From Eledone cirrhosa (taxonomy: Eukaryota): a stretch of 64,000 nt of DNA. The DNA lies in NCBI GenBank assembly GCA_964016885.1, contig OZ024743.1, positions 355,632,001-355,696,000 on the forward strand, in the 5' to 3' direction. Position 1 is the stretch's first letter; every line of letters starts with the position of its first letter. Of the stretch, positions 52,865 through 64,000 are shown piece after piece. A program made the translations under genes and the position numbers. A model generated the notes under the pieces. It had not been told where the DNA came from. It ran no database searches and was given only the letters and a program-made list of their open reading frames with translations.

Positions 52865-53746
52865 GACCGTGGATTGGCTGTATCGGTAGAGTAACGGACA
52901 CCATGATTTACACATAGAGTTACGTCCCTTTGCGTTCTGAGTTCAAATTCTGATGGGGTCGATAAAATAAGTCGATAAAAAGCACCAGTAATGCACCGGG
53001 GCCAATTTAATAGATTTTCCCCTCCCCCAAAATTGCTGCCCTTGTGTCTAAAAGTAGAAAGAATTGTTATTATTATTGGCATAAGGGCAGTGGATTGGCA
53101 GTATCGGTAGAGGGTCGAACACCATGCTTTGCCGCATAGAGTTGCGGCCCTTTATGGTTAACTTTGCCTTTCATCCATACGGGGTCGATAAAATAAAGTA
53201 CCAGTCACGCACTGGGGTCAATTTCATCCACCCAGGATTGCTGGCCTTGTGCCTAAATAAGAAACCATTATTGGCATAAGGGCGGTGGATTGGCAGTATC
53301 GGTAGAGGGTCGGGCGCCATGCTTTGCAGCAAAGAGTTACGCCCCTTTATGGTTTGAGTTCAAATCCTGCCGAGGTTCACTTTGCCTTTCATCCTTACGG
53401 GGTCGATAAAATAAAGTACCAGTAACGTATTGGGGTCAATTTAGTAGACGTCCTGCCCCCCCCCCCCCCTCCTCCCAAAAAAGAAAATTACTGGCCTTGT
53501 GCCCATAGTAGAAATCATAAATAAATAAATAAATCATTATTATTTGCTGCGGTGGATTGGCAGTATCGGTAGAAGGTCGGACGCCTCGCTTTGCAGCATA
53601 GAGTTACGCCCCTTTATGGTTTGAGTTCAAATCCCGCCAAGGTTAACGTTGCCTTTCATCCTTACGGGGTCGATAAAATAAAGTACCAGTAATATACTGG
53701 GATAATTGCTGGCCTTGTGCCAAAAGTAGAAACAATTATTATTATT
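51370..53746. mobile_element. Dense cluster of about 9 family A SINE copies, mostly plus; 51940-52130 is minus
   Basis: Repeated A/B boxes and central domain, separated by (ATT)n tails. Confidence 0.88.
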
Positions 53747-54063
53747 TGCTGCAGTATTCCTTCGTAAATACATCTCCGTGTGGGTTTACGTCGTCATATT
53801 GTCCCCAAAGTTTTGAGACCCGGTGGCCAATAAACAAATCACGATTGTTAGTTATTGTTGTCATTGTTATTGTTGTTCGTGCTGCAATTGTTGTTGTTCC
53901 TGTTGCCATTGCTGTTATTTTTCGAGATGATTGTTGTAGTTAAGCCAGTGATTTCTGTAATAGATATTAGGCGATTTTATCTAATCCTATCCCCACCCTA
54001 TTAAACGAATGTTGGTGATGTATATGCTACTATAATAGCATCTACACATCTATACGTATATAC

Positions 54064-54117
<54 letters not shown>

Positions 54118-54158
54118 GTGTGTGTGTGTATGTGTGTATTTATATATACATATATATT

Positions 54159-54209
<51 letters not shown>

Positions 54210-54445
54210 ATGCGTGTATTTATATATACATATATATTTATATATATATGTATGTATATATGTGTGTGTGTATAGATAGATAGTTAGTTAGATAGATATC
54301 AAACCACATATATAATGCATACACAAAAACGCACTTACACATCCATATATAATATTTCGACCCAATCAGACGGCTGTCGGTGATATATATGCTATACAGG
54401 CATATATATGCATATATATGCATACGTGTAAGTGTGTGTTAGTGT

Positions 54446-54517
<72 letters not shown>

Positions 54518-54781
54518 ATGAGAAAAGGGCGTATCAAACTGTGTGGTTAAGTTGGCCTTCTACTGTTTTGATTTATATGTGTTGATGATAAGGCATGCAA
54601 TATTTCATACTATACTATACTGTCCAGGGACTGACTATCCCTCACATTTACACCCCAACCCACAAACAACTTTGCACACACATATACATACACACACACA
54701 CGCACACGTACACACATACACACACATATATATGTATGCATACACACACACACACATACACACACATATATATGTATGCAT

Positions 54782-54818
<37 letters not shown>

Positions 54819-54904
54819 ATATACATATACATTTACATATATATGTACATGTGTATGCATGTATGCGTATATATATAATATATATACATATACATATACA
54901 TATT

Positions 54905-54963
<59 letters not shown>

Positions 54964-55446
54964 TAATATATATGTAAACATATTTATGTATATGTACGTG
55001 TATATACATATGTATACATTTATTTATTTATACGAGGACACATACGCACACATACAATCCACTACTTTATCCACAACACTTTAAATAGTTATCAAGATAA
55101 ACGGAAATAATAACACCAACAATATATAATAATAAAAACGATATCAACTACAACAACAACAACAATACCACCAGAAACACCGTCAACAACAACAATAACA
55201 ATATCTGCTGGGTAAGAGGGATACATGAAAAATATTGGGTAGGTTTTTTAAAAAGGAACTCAGTGTAATGATGTTAAGCTCTGCATTAGTGTGTTGTAAA
55301 ATATAAAGCTTCATAATACGAAGGTTGTTATTATGGTGTATATATATATATTAGCCGTCGAAACGGCTTGAGCTCAGCCGTCGGGGTCTTACTCTTTCCT
55401 ATATATATATATAAATAAATGGAAACTATATTTATAAAACCATATT

Positions 55447-55512
55447 TATTTCATTATATATATTTCAGGGATATCATATTAATAATATGTTATGCCTTCT
55501 TCAGACAAAATA
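55447..55512 (-). ncRNA. Mirror hammerhead ribozyme in the left arm of the palindrome
   Basis: Reverse complement of 55652-55717 with one substitution. Confidence 0.72.
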
Positions 55513-55651
55513 CAATATAGACAGTTTTATAGATAAATAGATTTGACATACCGTTCAACATCGACTTGTATTTGAAAAAGTTGATTTTTCAAATACAAGT
55601 CGATGTTGAACGGTATGTCAAATCTATTTATCTATAAAACTGTCTATATTG

Positions 55652-55717
55652 TATTTTGTCTGAAGAAGGCATAACATATTGTTAATATGATATCCCTGAA
55701 ATATATATAATGAAATA
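55652..55717 (+). ncRNA. Hammerhead ribozyme in the right arm of a 168-bp-arm palindrome
   Basis: Stem I TATTTTGT/ATGAAATA, CTGAAGA, stem II AGG...CCT, GAAA-TATATA-TA. Confidence 0.75.
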
Positions 55718-55868
55718 AATATGGTTTTATAAATATAGTTTCCATTTATTTAATATCGTAAATATACTCCAAATACTTGTTGAGTGCTTTTATATCAGTT
55801 ATAAATATTTACTAGTTGTAACCCAACAATTTAAATATAACTTTCCATATATATATATATATATATAT

Positions 55869-56024
55869 ATTTCGTTTCTGAATTTGTTTAGCAAGATTCT
55901 TTATCTGAAATCGTGTGTTGAAACCGATATTGTTATACTTTGGGAGGGTCATGTTGCCAATAAGAAACCAATAAGAAAGATGGTGCGTGTGTTTCTTATT
56001 GGCAACATGACCCTCCCAAAGTAT

Positions 56025-56030
<6 letters not shown>
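55869..56030. mobile_element. Short hairpin derivative of the PLE at 59741-60604
   Basis: 55869-55967 matches 59741-59839 and 55981-56030 matches 60553-60604. It has ~41-bp inverted arms and (TA)n on both sides. Confidence 0.75.
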
Positions 56031-56071
<41 letters not shown>

Positions 56072-56421
56072 CACACACACACACACAGAATAATGCATAA
56101 AGATCTCCCACATCTTTTTTATATCCCTTCAAAATGTGGGAAATCTTTATGCTCCATCCTGTATCCTGCAAATGGATTTTGCTGAATTCTCGCATTTACA
56201 GAAACCTAGTGGAGATGTTATATAATACTATTTAATATGTCCATGATGGTCCAGGTAACAGTCAAAAACTTTCCCTGAGTCGGTTTTTTCGTTGTTCTGC
56301 TCCTAGTAATGTTATAACTCTAAGGTAAAATTCCGTATTGAGTGCATTTCGCTGCACTTCCCGACAGCATTCGTAAGCTTGCCCGCAACCAGAGCTTCGA
56401 TTATGCTGTACTACCTTCTTG

Positions 56422-56460
<39 letters not shown>

Positions 56461-56604
56461 TAGATATATAGATATAGATATATGTATACATATATATATA
56501 TATATATATACGATATTAAACAAATGGAAACTATATTTATAAAACCATATTTATTTCATTATACATATTTCAGGGATACCATATTAAAAATATATATATA
56601 TAAG

Positions 56605-56668
<64 letters not shown>

Positions 56669-56674
56669 TATAGA

Positions 56675-56801
<127 letters not shown>

Positions 56802-56807
56802 TATAGA

Positions 56808-56866
<59 letters not shown>

Positions 56867-56876
56867 TGTATATATA

Positions 56877-56920
<44 letters not shown>

Positions 56921-57028
56921 TCGAGGGCGTCCGACTGAGGTAGAAGGTGCTAAATAGTCGGTCGTCCTCTTGTCTCTGATTTTCAGCTCCATGGATTTTA
57001 TCTGTTATATTCCTTTGTTATAATTTGA

Positions 57029-57086
57029 ATACCTGATGATGTCACCGGATTCATACTGAACCCGGTCATTGAAATAATCATAGTAT
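57029..57086 (+). ncRNA. Hammerhead ribozyme, solo
   Basis: ATAC-CTGATGA-stem II (ACCGG..TTCA/TGAA..CCGGT)-GAAAT(AATC)ATA-GTAT. Confidence 0.68.
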
Positions 57087-57274
57087 AATAAACCTTTCAA
57101 GGATCTACACCAGTCCAGCCGCCTGTTATTTTATAATAATTAAATCCGTACTCGCACCACCAACTACACAAACGAAGACGGGTGAGTTGCATTACGTTGA
57201 GTGCTCTCCATAATATTACATCAAGATTGACCATACGGAATGACCAGTTCTATCCAGTGTTGAACCAACAAACC

Positions 57275-57312
<38 letters not shown>

Positions 57313-57460
57313 AGTGTGTGTAGGGGGGTTATATATGTATATATACGTAATTATGTAATAATAAACATACGGTATATTGCCAAATATACTATACATACAT
57401 TCATGTATACATCGCTATTTCAGATCACCAATCTTAATATATATATATATATATATATAA

Positions 57461-57528
<68 letters not shown>

Positions 57529-57559
57529 ATATATATATAGATATATACACTACGCTTCT

Positions 57560-58379
57560 GTGTTTGTTTTGCAAGATTTCGTATTTGAAAACGTCATTAA
57601 AACGTCATGAAAACGTCATTTGTGAAGATCATGCTGACAAAAAAAACACACGCACAAAAGAAGATGGTGCACGTCAGAACAATGGGAAGACACAAAATAA
57701 CAACAAAAGTTGTCACTGCGTAGGTCACAGAATATGTGACGAAAGAGCTTTGACAATCAACAACTAAACAACTCCATAGTTAATTTATTTGACAATCAAT
57801 CTTTTTTATTGATTGGCCAACTGTTATAAATACAGATATAAATATATATATATATAGTCTATCAACACAACTGGAGGAAACATAATAGTACAACTGATGA
57901 TGTCGCAGATGTGTGACGTAAGAACTTTGATAGACTATATATATATTTATATCTGTATTTTTAACCGTTCGTAAATCAATGATAAACATTGATTGCCAAA
58001 TAAATTAAATATGGAGATATAAAAGATACAGAAGCGAAATCCAACCCAAACCTGTGTTCTGTTATTATTTCTGGGAATAACAGAACACAGGTTTGGGTTG
58101 GATTTCGCTGGAAGGGCGGTGAATTGGCAGTATCGGTAGAGGGTCGGACATGCTTTCCAGCATAGTTATGTCCCTTTACGATCTGAGTTCAAATCCTGCC
58201 GAGGTTAACTTTGCCTTTCATCCTTACGGGGTCGATGAAATAAAGTACCAGTAATGTACTGGGTAATTGGTGGCCTTGTGCCTATAGAAACAATTATTTC
58301 TGGGAATATTATAACAATATGACCCTCCCCAATTATAACAGTATTTGTTTCGACACAAGATTTTATATCAAAACCTTGC

Positions 58380-58380
<1 letters not shown>
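57560..58380 (+). mobile_element. Decayed PLE pLTR-type remnants with two degenerate hammerheads (57710-57756, 57891-57940), interrupted by a SINE
   Basis: Similar to 24320-24580 and 60330-60450. Cores are mutated to CTGCGTA and GTAA respectively. Confidence 0.65.
58112..58293 (+). mobile_element. Family A SINE with a 15-bp TSD (TTATTTCTGGGAATA)
   Basis: Consensus match. TSD copies at ~58065-58079 and 58294-58308. Confidence 0.85.
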
Positions 58381-58451
<71 letters not shown>

Positions 58452-58633
58452 TATATGTAAGTATGCACACGTAGACATATATATATATACACACACATAT
58501 ATATATATACACATATATACATACATACACATATATATATACACATACATATGTACGTATGGGTTATATTGAGCATTAATAATAATGTTCGATTCGTTTG
58601 TCAACAGTAGGGCGAGAAATAAAATTCTAATTT

Positions 58634-58714
<81 letters not shown>

Positions 58715-59173
58715 ACTGGAGTCTTTTAAGTATTTATTTACTTTACTCGTTTCACTCACGATTTTCTCGACAAACCACAACAGACCCCCCCCCCCCCCCC
58801 CATCTCAACTTTACTTTTGAAAATCATAAGAACTGTGGTCCCGAAGTAAAGGAATATTCTTAAAAGTCACCAGTTCATATCATTGTTTTACAATCGTTTC
58901 GGAGGCTTGATCATATTAACATATTGACTGACCTATAGCAGTTATATAACTGTATACTATCAGAGTGCATAAACAGGTTGGATCAGACCGTCTTCTTTTG
59001 TATTTGCATCCATCCTTTTAGTATGCGTATACAAATTATACATACATTTTTGTAAAATATGTGTAAGGGTTTTACATGTATATACACACACCGAACTGCA
59101 TTTAACCCTTTGTGTTTTCATTGGTCAATTTTGAACTGAAATTTTGAATTGTTGTTATTATCAATAAATATAC

Positions 59174-59328
59174 TTCATTATTTCTGAAGACGGCGTATAT
59201 ATGTGTTTGGTATGTATATTTAATCTTGATAATTTGTATAATTTTGTATAATTTTGTACATAGATCTGTTGAATATGCATACCAATTCTAACACATATAT
59301 ATCCTAGAAACGATCGTTAAATAATGAA
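59174..59328 (+). ncRNA. Hammerhead ribozyme with a greatly extended (116-nt) stem II
   Basis: Perfect 10-bp stem I TTCATTATTT/AAATAATGAA, CTGAAGA at 59184, GAAA-CGATCG-TT at 59307. The insert pairs as TATATATGTGTT/AACACATATATA and TGGTATGTATATTTA/TGAATATGCATACCA. Confidence 0.78.
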
Positions 59329-59513
59329 CTTTTTTTGTTTAATATAAGGAATTGTTTATTCATTATTTGTTTAATATTTTATCTTGACTCTGTATACCGT
59401 TTATCTTTCACCGAAAGTGGTTTTTCATTACATCTCTTCTTTCCATGATATCCGGAATACATTGAGTTCTTCATACGGATTGGACACTACCGTAAACTCT
59501 TGGTAGATTTATC

Positions 59514-59592
<79 letters not shown>

Positions 59593-59706
59593 AATTAGTA
59601 TATCTAGTAACATATATATACACACTTATGCTAGCAAATATATAGGTTTTGTCTTAGTAACTTTGTGGTTCAATGCATGGGGTTGCAGAACAATATTTTA
59701 CGTCTC

Positions 59707-59740
<34 letters not shown>

Positions 59741-59744
<4 letters not shown>

Positions 59745-60604
59745 CGTTTCTGAATTTTTTTAGCAAGATTCTTTATCTGAAAACGTGTGTTGAAACCGAT
59801 ATTGTTATACTTTGGGAGGGTCATGTTGCCAATAAGAAATGCATAATCTGTAAACTAAGCCACCATATTAACTGTAAAACTAGAAACATAGTATATAGCA
59901 TAAGATGTACTGAAGAACAATGTAAAGATAAGAATATAGTGTACATAGGTGAGACAGCTCGTAGTATAGGAGAACGGTTAAATGAACAGTGGCGAGAGCT
60001 TCAAGATAGAAAAGAATCATCAATACTCCACCAGCATGCTAAAATAGAACATAAGGGCAAATTAGAGAACATAGAAATAAAAATGAAATCTACACACAGA
60101 AAAGACGCAATGTTTAGACAAATCACAGAGGCAATAAACATAAATGAACTCCAACCAAAATTAAATAGAAAACATGAATGGAATAGCAACATCACAACTT
60201 ACAATTAAGGAGAAAATGAAAACACACATACATAGAACAAACAACCAACCAGTAACATGTAAATAAACAAATAAATAAACAAATAAAAACACACACAGAC
60301 ACCCGGATGTAACACATGCGCAAACTAAGCACACAACACACACAAAAACAAGATGGCGTAGGAGAGAACAAAGGAGAGGCACAAAACAAAGAAAAGAATC
60401 CCCAGTCACTGAAGAGGTCACAGAATGTGTGACGAAAGAACTTTGACAATATATGAACAACCGTCCGGTTGTGGAACCAACCAGCCAACCGGAAATTTAT
60501 AAATTTTTTTGAAAAATTTTTTTTATTTATAATAAATTGGAGTGAAAGCAACTGGTGCGTGTGTTTCTTATTGGCAACATGACCCTCCCAAAGTATAACA
60601 ATAT
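59741..60604 (+). mobile_element. 5'-truncated PLE: inverted pLTR tip, GIY-YIG fragment (59840-60208), hammerhead-bearing 3' region
   Basis: CIICK..INCKTRNIVYSIRC..VYIGETARSIGERLNE..FRQITEAININELQPKLNRKHEW. Inverted 41-bp ends at 59799-59839 / 60564-60604. (TA)n flanks. Confidence 0.88.
60405..60447 (+). ncRNA. Minimal hammerhead ribozyme downstream of a GIY-YIG ORF
   Basis: GTCA-CTGAAGA-G-GTCAC(AGAATGT)GTGAC-GAAAGAAC-TT-TGAC. Confidence 0.8.
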
Positions 60605-60613
60605 ATATATATA

Positions 60614-61251
60614 GTAGCAGATTTACCAGGCGTTGCTCGGGGTTTGAAATTATGCTAAGAATATACAGCTAGGAAGTAAAAGGAGAACATTATTTGTTCC
60701 CAACCTGTCAAAATAAGCAGAAGTCTTCCATAATTAATGCAAACGAATATTTAGGGCAATCTTTGTACACATAAAACTATCCTGATAATGAAGGAAAACA
60801 CTGAACAGGATGTAGTTATACAAATGATTAAAGACAATACACGTTGCAAATCTGTAAAAAACAGGCAGATTTGCTAAAGTACAAACATTTGTAATGAAAG
60901 CAGAGTTGTATACAAACCAAAAAACAATGAGAGTAGAATAAGAGAAAATCTATTCTTTGAGAGCATCCATGGCTGTGTATGGTTTGTGAAAAGGTTATCT
61001 CCCTTTTTTATAGGGATTGTAAATAAAGTTTGTTATCTCCCTTACATCAATTTTTCTACCGATAATTTTGATATCGATTTTTTATTGCTCAACGTGGGTC
61101 GATTTGAAAATTGTTTGTGATGTAACAATCTTAGCGACCTGTGCAACGTGCACATAAAATTTGGTCAAATTCAGTTGATAATTGTGAAAGCCTTATGCAT
61201 GCCAAGTTGTACACAGGCACACACACATCCTCGCTTTTATATATATAAAGA
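60614..61251 (-). mobile_element. Putative non-autonomous Helitron
   Basis: The minus strand starts TCTTTATATATATAAAAG followed by (TG)n. It ends with an imperfect GC hairpin CCGAGCAACGCCTGG about 8 nt before CTAC, a degenerate CTAG. Confidence 0.55.
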
Positions 61252-61257
61252 TATGTA

Positions 61258-61313
<56 letters not shown>

Positions 61314-61492
61314 GGGCGGTGCCCCAGCATGGCCGCAGCCGGATGGCTGAAACAGGTAAAAGAGTAAAAGAGTAAAAGAGTATATATATGTGTATACATA
61401 AATATATATATATACATACATACACATATATATGTATACACACATATATATATATATACACACACATATACATATATATATATGTGTGTGTG

Positions 61493-61527
<35 letters not shown>

Positions 61528-61972
61528 ATTTATGTATATGTATAAGTATGTATATAATATCTCTCTATATATATATGTATACATACATATATACATAGAC
61601 ACACACACACACACACACACACACGTATGTGTTCAGCATATACACATACATATACAGTCGTCGGACTATTTAGAATACATACACTCAACTCTCCCATATA
61701 TCGAGTGTTTAGCTGAACATGGTCGTATCATTCTAAACTGGTAACTACGAAACTTTCTCTCTCTCTAAGTAATAATTTGGTAAAGTTATCCACGCTCTAA
61801 AGCGTTCAGTCCTGGGACGAGTTTTAATATATTATCAAATACAAGACTACCACGATGACATAACACGGAGAAACGCAAGAACGCATATTTCGTTGAGCGA
61901 ACTCAACTTATTCGTTCCCTCAATGAATCGCGGGTCCTTGCGTCACTCCATGTTATGTCTTCGCTGTAATAT

Positions 61973-62152
61973 TGGATTGGCAGTATCGGTAGAGGGTCGG
62001 ACGCCATGCTTTCCAGCATAGTTACGTCCCTTTACGATCTGAGTTCAAATCCCGCCGAGGTTGACTTTGCCTTTCATCCTTACGGGGTCGATAAAATAAA
62101 GTACCAGTAATGAACTGGGTAATTGCTGGCCTTGTGCCTAAAGTAGACACAA
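61973..62152 (+). mobile_element. Family A SINE
   Basis: Consensus match. Possible TSD AATATTG on both sides. Confidence 0.85.
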
Positions 62153-62215
62153 ATATTGAATTTAATCTTATATATATATGATTTCTTTAGTTCGTTTTCA
62201 TCCCCCCTTCCCTCC

Positions 62216-62246
<31 letters not shown>

Positions 62247-62436
62247 ATGATATTAAATAAATGGAAACTATATTTATAAAACCATATTTATTTTATTATA
62301 CATATTTCAAGGGTACCAAGACAACATTGGTACGCTTTCATTAGATAAAAAACAAAGTTAGCTGTTGAGTGCTCTAAATCAGTTATAAACATTTATAAGT
62401 GTCGGACTTCCAACAAATTAAATACCCCCTTCTACT

Positions 62437-62567
<131 letters not shown>

Positions 62568-62573
62568 ATATAT

Positions 62574-64000
62574 TTTAGACCAAGGCTACAGGACTCACGA
62601 CACCCGGTGGCACAAACCGATTTTGAAAAACCGAAAATAATTAACATTTCAAATACAAACCTCTCAGCCCAACAAGTAAAAATTCTCTCCAAAGGTCTGA
62701 AATTCACACCAACACCACAATACCCTAACCCCAACGAGATACATGACGATATCTCACACTTCTGTAGAAAATTACGTCTCACAGAGGAATTCTTTGACAA
62801 GGAAAATAACGACGAATCAATTGTACGGAATAAAAGCAGCTACAACCCAACAAAAGGTAGAAACAGAGTTCTGGACAAATTCTGTGACCACATAGCTACC
62901 TTCCCATACCATGAACTACCGCAACCTAAACCCAAACCCAACACGAGTCGAAGGGAATGGGAGATTATCCATGAACTAAAAAACAATACCGACATTATAA
63001 TTAAGGAAGCGGACAAGGGAAGTACTGTTGTCATTATGGAGGCTGAAAAATATAAAAATTCTATGTTCTCTCTCTTACAAAATACTAATTACTATGAAAG
63101 AGTAAAAAACTACCAGCAATCAAAAATAATGACCAAATTAAACACACTGATTTATCGATACCAGGAAGACCTAACTAAAAAGGAACGCGATTATTTAACA
63201 AATTTTGAATACAAAACCAGCAACCTTTACGGACTTCCGAAGATCCACAAGTGTAAAATAATCAACGATGCCTGTAAACAATCCACCTCAGCCTGCGTGA
63301 ACACACAATACCCCACAGACCTTAAATTAAGACCAATTGTAGCGGGCCCACAATGTGAAACACACAGATTGAGCAGCTTTATAGACATACTACTTAAGCC
63401 AATACTGAAACACATACCAAGCCTTGTAAGAGACGATCTGGACCTCTTAAACCACCTCCCCAAACATGTCAACAACGACACTATTATTGTGTCTTTCGAT
63501 GTAGTGAATCTCTACACAACGATCCCACACCAATACGGACTAGAAGCAATAGGATTCTGGCTAGAGAAATATCCCAATGAGATACCTGACAGAATAGAAA
63601 AAAGCTTCATCACCGAGGGATTAAAATTCATCCTACAGAACAACTTTTTTGATTTCGATGGCAATACTTACAAGCAAATATCGGGGACTGCGATGGGAAC
63701 AAAAGCCGCTCCAACTTATGCCAACTTAGTCATGGCATACTTAGAAGTCCAGATATATGAACAGTCCAAATCAAAATACGGATTGAACTTCCACAAATAT
63801 TTATCAGAGAATTGGAAACGCTACTTGGATGATTGCCTCATTCTTTGGTCCCACACACTCGACCAACTGAAGGATTTCAAAAACTTAATAAACGGCATCA
63901 ATAACCACATCCAATTCACAATGGAATACAGCCAAGATCAACTCCCATTTCTGGACATCTTAATCACAAAAAAAGACACAAATATCGAAACTGACATACA
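62574..64000 (+). CDS. PLE reverse transcriptase (Neptune-like), 5'-truncated and open to the window end; absent from the ORF track
   Basis: Manual translation (codon phase at 62631): [95 protein letters not shown]. No stop seen. Begins right after (TA)n. Confidence 0.9.

Larger units (their letters stand above)
55412..55752. repeat. Near-perfect palindrome, 168-bp arms, 5-nt loop
   Basis: 55412-55579 is the reverse complement of 55585-55752, with one mismatch seen. Confidence 0.92.

Noticed and set aside
57710-57940. Two hammerhead homologues (and one at 24321-24370) as active ribozymes
   Set aside because: Essential core residues are mutated (CTGCGTA, GTAA, CTGATTA/GAAG). They are kept only as decayed family markers.

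Overview
AT-rich, repeat-saturated animal genomic DNA, probably intronic or intergenic. The SINE families and microsatellite load resemble octopus/coleoid DNA, which is my inference. No host protein-coding gene is confidently identifiable, and most ORF-track entries are microsatellite translations. Main contents: (1) a full-length Tx1/L1-clade non-LTR retrotransposon with two intact ORFs (5482-11512, minus), head-to-tail with a decayed sister copy and bounded by (AAT)n; (2) R4/Dong-like RT and RLE fragments, one embedded in (TACA)n; (3) a 12.3-kb Penelope-like element (PLE) complex (32217-44560) made of an inverted full copy plus a copy with direct pseudo-LTRs, carrying four hammerhead ribozymes; (4) fragments of several other PLE families, including an open RT running off the window end; (5) 12 canonical-core minimal type I hammerhead motifs from about 7 sequence families, plus variant and decayed ones; (6) about 25 tRNA-derived SINE copies or fragments, including a 6x ~101-bp tandem array and a dense cluster; (7) many fold-back or inverted duplications, often abutting (TA)n tracts; (8) a likely non-autonomous Helitron and decayed RTE fragments. 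All motif, pairing and clade calls were made by eye, without alignment or folding tools.
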